DNA of 64,000 bases from a virus (taxonomy: Duplodnaviria; Caudoviricetes): IMG/VR virus record IMGVR_UViG_3300021431_000075, positions 352,001-416,000 of that record, one strand, 5' to 3'. A program made the translations under genes and the position numbers. How positions within the stretch are numbered: position 1 is the stretch's first letter; every line of letters starts with the position of its first letter. Positions 28,918-37,429 of the stretch are shown piece after piece. A model generated the notes under the pieces. That model saw only the letters and a list, made by a program, of their open reading frames with translations, was not told the origin of the DNA and searched no databases.

Positions 28918-29550
28918 ATGAAAGAAACTAATTTCTGTTTAGACAGTGCAACTCCGATTATTTACAAAGAGAATATTGACGGAGAAGTCATTATAGAACC
29001 GATAAGCAATGCATATGAAAAGCATCAGGATGATGTTATTTACGTATGCGTGCATAAGTTCAATGAAACAGAGCATACTACCAGCATCGTTACTTGGGAA
29101 GAAGCGAAATTATGTCATACAGAGAGTATAAAGGAAGTTGTCATCTATCTACAGCCGGATGACTTTATGAACACGACGCTTGAAAGTGACAATGTGATTC
29201 GTGTTACTCCCAACCATGTGTTTCCGGTGTTGAAGCCAACGGGTCTGAAGAACATTGAGAGTTATCTTATTCAGACAGGAGATTTGATTCCGTTCGACAA
29301 GGGAAGAGAACTTGAAGAAGGTGTTGATGCAGAAGGATTGACAAACGAGTATATGCTTGAGAACAATTCCGTCCAGCGTCTTTATTATAGACATGTTATG
29401 AAAGTTTCGATTGACGAGTATGATGAGACCAAGGAAAACGGTTTTTCAAAAGATTTCTATGGTATCAAAATTACTGCAAAGGATGCGCCAAGCAAATACT
29501 TTATGATTTGTAATGGTGCTATCAGCCATGATTCTTCAGTAGAATACTAA
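28918..29550 (+). CDS. Free-standing intein-like (Hint domain) protein
   Basis: MKETNF-CLDSATPII (block A), IRVTPNHVFP (block B), YFMICNGAISHD-SSVEY (block G). Confidence 0.8.
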   Translation: MKETNFCLDSATPIIYKENIDGEVIIEPISNAYEKHQDDVIYVCVHKFNETEHTTSIVTWEEAKLCHTESIKEVVIYLQPDDFMNTTLESDNVIRVTPNHVFPVLKPTGLKNIESYLIQTGDLIPFDKGRELEEGVDAEGLTNEYMLENNSVQRLYYRHVMKVSIDEYDETKENGFSKDFYGIKITAKDAPSKYFMICNGAISHDSSVEY

Positions 29551-29635
29551 TTTTTGTTAATAATATATCGGCAATATGCTTGTTGCATGGAGTATGCTGT
29601 GTATTTGCCGGTATTCTAAATTTATACTTATAACA

Positions 29636-32200
29636 ATGAATGTAGAGAAAATGGACGGCACTATACAGCCGTTTAAATTTGACAAGATTGTGCGTGTTGT
29701 TCAGCGTGTTTTTGAGAGCAAGCCTGTGTGTGGTAAGGTTCCCGATAAGCTGATTGATGGTCTCAGGAAGTATTTTGAGAACTTTGTTTCCAAGAGTGAC
29801 AAGAAGGATTTGAACTATGCTTTACCTGTCGAGGACATACAGAACACGATTCGCGACTTTCTTATCATGAATAACCAGCCTATTGCTGTTGATAGTTTTA
29901 TTACATACAGGAATAAGAAGAACGAGATTCGTGAAAAGAAGTCATGGTTGACAAAAGATGTTGCAAGCAAGTTGAACGGAAAGAACCCTGAGAATCAGAA
30001 CGCCAATGTTGACGAGTCTTCTTTTGGCGGAAGAATGGGCGAAGCGACAAGAGTTGTGACGAAGGATTATGCTCTTAAGTTTTGTATGTCCAAGAAGTCA
30101 AGACACAATCATGAGAAGAATTTCATCTATATTCATGACCTTGATAGTTATGCTGTTGGAGAGCATAACTGCCTGAGTTGTCCGCTTGACAATCTTCTGA
30201 CCAAGGGTTTCAATACTCGTCAGACAGATGTTCGAAGCGCGAAGAGCGTGAACACTGCAAGTCAGTTAACGGCAGTCATATTCCAGATTCAGTCATTGCA
30301 GCAGTTTGGCGGCGTGTCGGCAACACATATTGACTGGACGATGGTTCCGTTCATCAGACGTTCGTTCGAAAAGCATTATATCTCGAACTGGATTGAAGAT
30401 TTGCAAGAGTTTGCCGAACTTGATATAGAGGACATGTCTTATGAGGATTTCAACAATTGGGTTGAGAAGAAAACAACTGAATTCTTTATAGAGACTGGTT
30501 ATGAAGATTCTGATTTCAAGTTTTCAAATAAGGAAAAGTTTGATAAGAAATTGTATCAGAAGGCTTTGAAGGAGACAAGAGATGAGACGTATCAGGCTGT
30601 CGAGGGTATGTATCATAATCTGAATACGCTTCAGAGTCGTAGCGGAAACCAGTTGCCGTTCTCATCCCTGAACTACGGAACTTGTACAGAGCGCGAGGGA
30701 CGTATGTTCACGAAGGCTTTGCTTGAAGTTTCATATCGCGGTCTTGGAAAGTTCGGCAAGACTTCCATTTTTCCTTGCGGCATTTTCCAGTACAAGAAAG
30801 GCATCAATGACAAGCCGGGCACAATCAACTATGATTTGAAGCTGCTTGCGTTAAAGTCAACATCAAAGAGACTTTATCCTAACTATGCGAACTGCGACTG
30901 GAGCAATCAGGTTGCATGGAAGAAACTTGACAACAAGGTCAAGCAGGGTGTTATAGATGAACTTACTGATGACGAGAGAAAGATTCTTGTTGAGCGTGTT
31001 AAAGACAATGGTGAACTTGCATATCATTTGAGTTTGAATGTTGTCAATGACGAACTTGTTCTTGACGAGCGAGAGAAACCGGAAGAGATGTTCTCTACGA
31101 TGGGTTGCCGCACAGTGAACGGTTTTGATGTCAATTTTGAGAACTCGTATAGGAACAATGTGATGCAGGTTATCAAGGACGGTACCTTGTATGATGATAT
31201 GACTTCGGGAGTCCAGAAGGACGGTCGTGGAAACATTTGTCCAGCCACGATTATTCTTCCGAAGATTGCCATGCTTGCAAAGAAACAAGAGGAAGAGTGT
31301 TGCACAGACGGAGAGAATCCATCAAGTGAAGATATTATCAACAGGTTCTTCTGCATATTGAAGAAGAAGATTAACGAGTCTAAAGATTCATTGATTGAGC
31401 GATTCAGATATGTGACTTCACAGCCTGCTGCATCAGCGAAGTTTATGTATGAGAACCATACGATGAGCGGTTATGTCGAGAGTGAGGGAATCGTGTCCGC
31501 ATTGAGGCATGGAACTTTGACAATCGGTCAGATAGGTATTGCAGAGACTGTTTATATTCTTACTGGTGATTATCATACAACACCTGCGGGAATGGAAGTT
31601 GCAAAAAAGATTGAGCAGTTGTTCTTGGATAAGTGCAATCAGTTCAAGAAAGAGACCAATCTTAATTTCGGTGTTTACTACACGCCGGCAGAAAGTCTTT
31701 GCTATACTGCTTTTAAGAAGTTCAAGGCAGAGTATGGTGATATGGAAGGTGTTACTTACTTTATCAATGACAAAGGCGAGCGCGAAGACAAGATGTACTT
31801 CACGAACAGTATCCATGTGCCGGTATATCTGCATATGACACCGTTTGAGAAAATTGACATCGAGAAGCAGCTGACGGGTTATAGCAATGCAGGATGCATC
31901 ACTTATATTGAAGTCGATCATGATGTTGTTCATAATATCAAGGCGCTTGAGGACTATGTTGATTATGCAATGGATAGTGATATTCCGTATTTTGCAATTA
32001 ACTGTCCGTCAGATACTTGTACGAATTGTGGTTATCAGGGAAACATTGCAGACAAGTGTCCGGTTTGCGGAAGCGATGAAATCGAAAGATTGCGTCGAGT
32101 TACCGGCTATTTGACTGGTGACTATCACACCGCATTCAATGAGGGAAAGCAGTGTGAGACTGATGACAGAGTAAAACATAAGAAGGAAGTTAATCTTTGA
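29636..32200 (+). CDS. nrdD: Anaerobic (class III) ribonucleotide reductase
   Basis: ATP cone, IYIHDLD, HNCL, MGCRT, GRGNI, TPAESL, CTNCG/CPVCG, RRVTGYL. Confidence 0.97.
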   Translation: MNVEKMDGTIQPFKFDKIVRVVQRVFESKPVCGKVPDKLIDGLRKYFENFVSKSDKKDLNYALPVEDIQNTIRDFLIMNNQPIAVDSFITYRNKKNEIREKKSWLTKDVASKLNGKNPENQNANVDESSFGGRMGEATRVVTKDYALKFCMSKKSRHNHEKNFIYIHDLDSYAVGEHNCLSCPLDNLLTKGFNTRQTDVRSAKSVNTASQLTAVIFQIQSLQQFGGVSATHIDWTMVPFIRRSFEKHYISNWIEDLQEFAELDIEDMSYEDFNNWVEKKTTEFFIETGYEDSDFKFSNKEKFDKKLYQKALKETRDETYQAVEGMYHNLNTLQSRSGNQLPFSSLNYGTCTEREGRMFTKALLEVSYRGLGKFGKTSIFPCGIFQYKKGINDKPGTINYDLKLLALKSTSKRLYPNYANCDWSNQVAWKKLDNKVKQGVIDELTDDERKILVERVKDNGELAYHLSLNVVNDELVLDEREKPEEMFSTMGCRTVNGFDVNFENSYRNNVMQVIKDGTLYDDMTSGVQKDGRGNICPATIILPKIAMLAKKQEEECCTDGENPSSEDIINRFFCILKKKINESKDSLIERFRYVTSQPAASAKFMYENHTMSGYVESEGIVSALRHGTLTIGQIGIAETVYILTGDYHTTPAGMEVAKKIEQLFLDKCNQFKKETNLNFGVYYTPAESLCYTAFKKFKAEYGDMEGVTYFINDKGEREDKMYFTNSIHVPVYLHMTPFEKIDIEKQLTGYSNAGCITYIEVDHDVVHNIKALEDYVDYAMDSDIPYFAINCPSDTCTNCGYQGNIADKCPVCGSDEIERLRRVTGYLTGDYHTAFNEGKQCETDDRVKHKKEVNL

Positions 32201-32208
32201 TTTTTATT

Positions 32209-32721
32209 ATGAACGTGTTGACATTGACCACTCCGGATGTAGAGAACGGTTACGGAAACCGAGTCACTCTATGGGTTGCTGGTTGCACCCACAAGTGTCC
32301 AGAATGCCATAACAAGCACACATGGGCATATAATCAGGGTGTTCCTATTGACAATCCGGAAGTTTATGATAAGATATATGAAGAGTCGAACCATGATTAT
32401 ATTCAGGGCTTGACGCTGTCTGGTGGAGATCCTCTGGACCAGAGTGATGAGTCTATCAACAAGCTGATTGATTTCATCATAAAGTACAAGTATGATTTTC
32501 CAGATAAGGACATCTGGGTATATACAGGATGTATATATGAAGACTTGCTGAAGCGGGATTGTGTTGTTCAGTTGCTTTCATTATGCGATGTTCTTGTTGA
32601 TGGAACGTTTGATAAGCGCTGTTTCAAACTTGACTTGGCATTCCGCGGAAGCACGAATCAGAGAATCATAGATTTGAACAAGACATCCGGAACAAACATA
32701 GTTGAAATTGAAGTTGATTGA
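32209..32721 (+). CDS. nrdG: NrdD activating radical-SAM enzyme
   Basis: GCTHKCPECHN, LSGGDP, FRGSTNQR. Confidence 0.96.
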   Translation: MNVLTLTTPDVENGYGNRVTLWVAGCTHKCPECHNKHTWAYNQGVPIDNPEVYDKIYEESNHDYIQGLTLSGGDPLDQSDESINKLIDFIIKYKYDFPDKDIWVYTGCIYEDLLKRDCVVQLLSLCDVLVDGTFDKRCFKLDLAFRGSTNQRIIDLNKTSGTNIVEIEVD

Positions 32722-32730
32722 ATAGTTGTT

Positions 32731-32769
32731 GCAGCGCGGTTTTTGATTTTTTCAAGCCGCGCTGCTTTT
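32731..32769 (+). terminator. Intrinsic terminator
   Basis: gcagcgcggtt / agccgcgctgc plus T4. Confidence 0.75.
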
Positions 32770-32789
32770 AATAATAAATTGGAAAAGAA

Positions 32790-33080
32790 ATGGACAAGTT
32801 AGAAGAAGTTAAGAAAATAACAGAAATGCATGACAGGAACATTGGTTTGGAAGAAATGCAGATGAATCCGAGAATCAAATTTTCTCTGGAGCAATTCGAG
32901 TTTAATTGTGAGTACCCTGATGAATGTTTTCTTGCAACGATGGAAATGTTCGGAAAGAAGTTCAAAGACAATCCGAACATTGCTGTTAGATATGCAAAAG
33001 AATTTGATGAAGATAAGAAAGTTTGCTATTGCTTTTATCTTGAGAACAAAACTTTGCTGGAAAATAAAGAAAAAAGTTAA
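32790..33080 (+). CDS. Hypothetical protein
   Basis: 96-aa ORF. Confidence 0.7.
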   Translation: MDKLEEVKKITEMHDRNIGLEEMQMNPRIKFSLEQFEFNCEYPDECFLATMEMFGKKFKDNPNIAVRYAKEFDEDKKVCYCFYLENKTLLENKEKS

Positions 33081-33139
33081 AAGTAATTAAAATTTTATAA
33101 TTTGTTCAAGATATTGTTTGTCGTGTTGGAGATCTTTTA

Positions 33140-33149
33140 TATATTTGCA
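33140..33149 (+). promoter_or_regulatory. Bacteroidetes -7 element
   Basis: TATATTTGCA with TTTG about 20 nt upstream. Confidence 0.7.
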
Positions 33150-33172
33150 AAATAAAATTCAAAGCAAGACAA

Positions 33173-33382
33173 ATGAACTTTACGGTAAGGAAATCAAACA
33201 AGGCTAAAGACAGTTCAGTTGAAATATCGAATGAACTTGCACAAAGAGTTATTGAACTTCTTTCGAATGTTGATTGTACATGCATCTGGTCACAACAAGA
33301 TAACCAGTACATCAAAGTCAATGATATTCCGACAGATGTTGTTCGAGAACTTGAACTGGCAATTAAATTGAAGAAATTATGA
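33173..33382 (+). CDS. Hypothetical protein
   Basis: 69-aa ORF after promoter. Confidence 0.7.
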   Translation: MNFTVRKSNKAKDSSVEISNELAQRVIELLSNVDCTCIWSQQDNQYIKVNDIPTDVVRELELAIKLKKL

Positions 33383-33771
33383 GTTTGAATCTAAAGGTAA
33401 TATCTTATAAACATCCGGATTTTGACAAGGTGGTCAAAGAGAATAACTTGTCTGGTAAAGATGAATGTATTTCATCCGGAATGTATTTTCATGGAGAACT
33501 TGAAGAAGAAACAGGATTTGATATGTTCATGATTCTGAATCTTTCAGAACTTCCGTTGTGTGTTAATGAATATGAACAGGACTTTCGCTATTTGGATTAT
33601 GAAGGAGAAGTTGACGTTGAAGTTTATGGAAATCCTAAAAAATGCATCGGCTATATATGGAAACCTGTCCAGAGATCAAATATCAGAAAAGGTTTGCTTT
33701 GTTATGCGGATGATAAATCTGCGAAAGATCATGTTTTGAAGTGCTATCAAGAAAAAAGATTCATCATATGA
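33379..33771 (+). CDS. Hypothetical protein
   Basis: ATGA overlap with upstream gene. Confidence 0.7.
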   Translation: MSLNLKVISYKHPDFDKVVKENNLSGKDECISSGMYFHGELEEETGFDMFMILNLSELPLCVNEYEQDFRYLDYEGEVDVEVYGNPKKCIGYIWKPVQRSNIRKGLLCYADDKSAKDHVLKCYQEKRFII

Positions 33772-34274
33772 TTGAGTTAAGAACATCTACTAATAACGTG
33801 AAGTATGGCGTTCGTTACGCATGCGGTACATATGACACGAAGATTGAAGGTATTCTTTGTATCTGTGACACAAAGGAACAGGCGGAAACCATCAAAGAGA
33901 AACTGGTCAGCCATAGAAACAGAATCATTGAAATTGCTGTGAAAGATGTTGATATGGACTATTCGTATACTACTCTGCATGACGATTTCATAGAAGGATT
34001 TTTTGTGAAACTTGGAAAAGACGGTCGTTCTGATGAATTGACACATGAAGAGTGGGATCAGTTTGATGAATATCAAACTGATGAAAACTTCAAAAAATAT
34101 TTGGTCAGCAAGGGTTATAGTGAAGAAGTTGCAGATGCTACGATAATTTATAACTCTTATGATGACTGGTCGGAAGTACAGACGCATTATAACGTGGTTG
34201 ATATTCCGTATCTTGGACCAGATGAAACATTTGAAATTAAAGGAGAAAATGACGTATGGGTGAAAGTTCAATAA
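33768..34274 (+). CDS. Hypothetical protein
   Basis: ATGA overlap; acidic 168-aa product. Confidence 0.7.
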   Translation: MIELRTSTNNVKYGVRYACGTYDTKIEGILCICDTKEQAETIKEKLVSHRNRIIEIAVKDVDMDYSYTTLHDDFIEGFFVKLGKDGRSDELTHEEWDQFDEYQTDENFKKYLVSKGYSEEVADATIIYNSYDDWSEVQTHYNVVDIPYLGPDETFEIKGENDVWVKVQ

Positions 34275-34408
34275 AGACTGTTGTCGTAGAGGAAGACGGA
34301 ACCGAGCGAGTTGAGGAGATTCCGTTGATGCGGCTTGACAAAGTCAAGTTCGGCAATGAGAGTGGTTCAGAGAAGAAAAGAAAGGTTGTTCGCAAAAAGA
34401 AGAATTGA
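34256..34408 (+). CDS. Small protein with basic tail (below ORF-track cutoff)
   Basis: MGESSIKTVVVEEDG...KKRKVVRKKKN fills the gap before thg1. Confidence 0.5.
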   Translation: MGESSIKTVVVEEDGTERVEEIPLMRLDKVKFGNESGSEKKRKVVRKKKN

Positions 34409-34414
34409 AAAAAG

Positions 34415-35269
34415 ATGGAGACTATTGCAGACAAGATGAAAGGCATCCAGAAGAAGTTTGATTATACTCTTCCAAAGAAGGCGTATACGATGATTATGCT
34501 TGATGGAAAGAACTTCTCCCGGAAAGTCAAGAAGCGTTTTAAAAGACCGTTCGACCCAGTATTCGTCAAGTTGATGGATGATACTGCGGCATTCTTGTGC
34601 AAGGAATTGCAGGGGGCGAAGTTCGCGTTTGTCCAGAGCGATGAGATTTCAATAGTCATTACGGATTTTGAAGCAGAGGAGTGTTCGTCATTCTTTGATA
34701 ATAGAATTTGCAAGTTGCAGTCTATTAGCGCGTCTCTTGCAACATCTTTCTTCAATAGGGAAGTTGTAAATAATATCATAGCAGATTGTTCAGACATGGC
34801 TGAGATTGCAAAGCGTGTTTCAACAGAGCCGCTGTACCAGTTTGATGCAAAGGCTTGGTCTATCCCTGCTGATGACTTCAATGATATGTTTTGTTGGTTC
34901 CTTTTTAGACAGAATGACTGCATCCGGAATTCAAAGCAGCAGGTCGCACAGACATATCTTTCTCACAAGAGTCTTGTGAGAAAGAATACGGATGAGCAGA
35001 TACAGTTATTGAAAGATGAACGCGATATTGACTGGAACAATGACTTTGAGGACAATGTCAAGTATGGTCGGTTCATATACAAGGAAAGCGTATTTCAGAC
35101 AACAGTCGTAAACGGTCAAGAAATTGATTTTAATCGTTCAGTTTGGGTATCGCATCCGGCATTCAAGTTGAACAGCTATGAAGGAAGGAGAAAGTTCATA
35201 TCACTTGGAATCGTTCCGATGACAGAAACAGCATTAGAACTTGAAAATAGTAGAAATGTAGAAAATTAG
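34415..35269 (+). CDS. thg1: tRNA(His) guanylyltransferase-like (Thg1/TLP) 3'-5' polymerase
   Basis: LDGKNFS, FVQSDEIS, RICKLQS, FDAK, RQNDCIRNS. Confidence 0.92.
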   Translation: METIADKMKGIQKKFDYTLPKKAYTMIMLDGKNFSRKVKKRFKRPFDPVFVKLMDDTAAFLCKELQGAKFAFVQSDEISIVITDFEAEECSSFFDNRICKLQSISASLATSFFNREVVNNIIADCSDMAEIAKRVSTEPLYQFDAKAWSIPADDFNDMFCWFLFRQNDCIRNSKQQVAQTYLSHKSLVRKNTDEQIQLLKDERDIDWNNDFEDNVKYGRFIYKESVFQTTVVNGQEIDFNRSVWVSHPAFKLNSYEGRRKFISLGIVPMTETALELENSRNVEN

Positions 35270-35279
35270 TTGTCACAAT

Positions 35280-35310
35280 TTTAAACTAAATTATCTTTTT
35301 GATGTATACT
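35280..35310 (+). promoter_or_regulatory. Phage promoter TTTAAAC-N17-GTATACT
   Basis: Recurrent motif. Confidence 0.75.
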
Positions 35311-35428
35311 ATATGCTAATTATTTGAATTGCTTGATGATAATATATATCAATCTGGTTATCAAATGATTATATATAAAACAATGTTTTTTGCATATGAG
35401 ATATACAATAAAAAAGAAGGGTCTCAGG

Positions 35429-35698
35429 ATGAGCAAAGAGCTTCAAGAGAATCCTGATAAGTTCAAGCATCGAGTTTGTATAGCTTATGATTCTACGAAT
35501 CAGAGGAATCCTTATATGTATGTATTGATCGGAAACCATGACCACAAGAACGATCATGACATTCGTAAGATATATGCAAAAACAACAGGCACTCCTTATT
35601 ATGCGACTCGACTCGTTCTTTATTCTACTTATATCAAGAGAGTGAACAAAAAGAAAGTTGAAAACACAGAAACATTGTTTTTAATTAATGAAGTTTGA
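35429..35698 (+). CDS. Hypothetical basic protein
   Basis: ORF coupled to the next gene; start uncertain (35390-35429). Confidence 0.6.
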   Translation: MSKELQENPDKFKHRVCIAYDSTNQRNPYMYVLIGNHDHKNDHDIRKIYAKTTGTPYYATRLVLYSTYIKRVNKKKVENTETLFLINEV

Positions 35699-36951
35699 TG
35701 AACAATACAAACATTATCAGAGAACTAAAATATGACTATGACGATTTGAGCATTGTTCCTGCTGAAAAGACCAGTATTGAATCAGAAAGCGATGTTGATG
35801 TTCATATCAAGAATAGTGCAGTGCGTGAAGAAGATGGAATGCTTCCCATTTTCACATCTCCAAAAGATTTTGTTGTAGATGAGTACAATTATAAGATATT
35901 CAAGAACAACGGAATCATTCCGATTATTAACAAGAATGTTAGGATTGAAAAGAGACTTGAACTTACAAAACAAGGTGAGTGGTGTGCTTATTCTCTTGGT
36001 GAATTTGATTCCATATTCAATAACGACAATGATGTCTCTATATATGAAGGATTGTCTGAAGTAAAGGCTCTTATAGAGCCGGCATTTGGAAACATGAGAC
36101 ATATCTTAAACTCTGCTATTCAGGCAAAAACCCTGGTTTGTAAGAGGTTTGATGGAAAGTGTCATCTTGTTCTGATGGCTGGTAGTGTAGTGAATCCAAA
36201 AACAAGTTTGAATTACGGATGGGCTGAAATTGATTATATAAGGTGTTCTGGCGGTTTCAAAAATGACAGTCCGGATAATACAAGCATACCGGTGCATTAT
36301 CCAGCAGCATCCTTGATAATGGAAGTTCGTAACATAAAGAAGAAAAGTCCGGAAGTAAGTTCGAAGATTGTAGCAGATGGTGGTTTTAAGAATATATCAG
36401 AGGCTATTGTTGCTCTTGCTTGTGGAGCGGATTATGTGATGATTGACAATATGCTCGGTTCTTTGTTTGAATCAAGTGCGGCGTTTGACAATATGTACAA
36501 GTTTGTAAATACATCTAATGGCTATTTTGACGGTATGAAAGACAATAGAGAGTTTGTCTTTGTTGTCAAGATAAAAGATAATAATATTTGCAAAGAGTAT
36601 GACAATCTTGCTATAAGATACAGTCTCCCCGACTATAAGATTGTCAATACAATCGATGTTCGCATTATGTACATATCATTGACGTTAGAGCAGATGCAGA
36701 TTGATGAAATCGGAAGATGGGTTATTAAACATACGACATTGTGGAAGATAATGAAAGATAGCGAGCAAGAAGTTACAAGTGAAGTAAAACAGACATTGAA
36801 GCAATGGACCGAACGATTCAAAGATATGCTTTCCTCAGTAATGTTCTGTTGTAATAAGAGACAACTTGCTGATTTTGTGGGACATGTGGTACTTGTTCCG
36901 AATATTCATGTGCGAAATTCTATATTTGTCTATAAAGATGTCAATGCGTAA
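35698..36951 (+). CDS. IMPDH/GMP reductase-fold protein, catalytic loop degenerate
   Basis: YDYDDLSIVP, LPIFTSP, LMAGSV, IVADGGF...ALACGADYVM; no GIGxGSxC motif. Confidence 0.75.
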   Translation: MNNTNIIRELKYDYDDLSIVPAEKTSIESESDVDVHIKNSAVREEDGMLPIFTSPKDFVVDEYNYKIFKNNGIIPIINKNVRIEKRLELTKQGEWCAYSLGEFDSIFNNDNDVSIYEGLSEVKALIEPAFGNMRHILNSAIQAKTLVCKRFDGKCHLVLMAGSVVNPKTSLNYGWAEIDYIRCSGGFKNDSPDNTSIPVHYPAASLIMEVRNIKKKSPEVSSKIVADGGFKNISEAIVALACGADYVMIDNMLGSLFESSAAFDNMYKFVNTSNGYFDGMKDNREFVFVVKIKDNNICKEYDNLAIRYSLPDYKIVNTIDVRIMYISLTLEQMQIDEIGRWVIKHTTLWKIMKDSEQEVTSEVKQTLKQWTERFKDMLSSVMFCCNKRQLADFVGHVVLVPNIHVRNSIFVYKDVNA

Positions 36952-36977
36952 AACATAAATGTCTGAAAAAAATAGTT

Positions 36978-36985
36978 GATAAATA
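36978..36985 (+). promoter_or_regulatory. Late-type promoter GATAAATA
   Basis: Upstream of the lipoprotein-ompA pair. Confidence 0.55.
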
Positions 36986-37042
36986 TTTTCGTGTCAGTGT
37001 AATGATGACACTTTTATAAAATTAATTAAATTTTTCTAAAAA

Positions 37043-37276
37043 ATGAAGAAGATTTTATTTTGTATTGTAGCTCTTGTGGCTATGAGTATGAGTTTTGCAA
37101 GCTGTGACGGTTGTTCTTCTGAACCTGTTGCTGCTGATTCAACTGCTGTCGATACACTTGCTACCGATACAACTGTTACCGATACACTTGCTACCGATAC
37201 AGCCGTTATTGACACAGTCGAGGTTGAGAATCTTGCTGAAATTGAAGCAGACTCTCTTGCATTCGTGGCTGAATAA
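37043..37276 (+). CDS. Small lipoprotein with Asp-Thr repeats
   Basis: MKK plus hydrophobic stretch and FASC lipobox; 5-aa D(S/T)xxx repeats. Confidence 0.85.
   Translation: MKKILFCIVALVAMSMSFASCDGCSSEPVAADSTAVDTLATDTTVTDTLATDTAVIDTVEVENLAEIEADSLAFVAE
37136..37217 (+). repeat. 15-nt tandem repeat (about 5.5 units)
   Basis: gatacacttgctacc / gatacaactgttacc / gatacacttgctacc / gatacagccgttatt. Confidence 0.85.
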
Positions 37277-37429
37277 GCAATTCGTTTTCTATGTTACAAT
37301 TCATATCAATCCGGTTTGCTCCTGATAGAGCATCCGGTTTGAGATATGGAAGAATTGAACTGATTTTTATTATTTTAGACAGAGTGAGTTTTTAACATTA
37401 TCAATAATTTTTAAAAGAAAAATTAAACA

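Noticed and set aside
28918-29550. Half of a trans-splicing split intein for nrdD or the split MTase
   Set aside because: The ORF has both N- and C-terminal blocks; nrdD is complete; the MTase halves carry no intein fragments at their break.
37136-37217. CRISPR array
   Set aside because: In-frame 15-nt coding repeats with no spacers; no CRISPR array or cas gene seen anywhere in the window.
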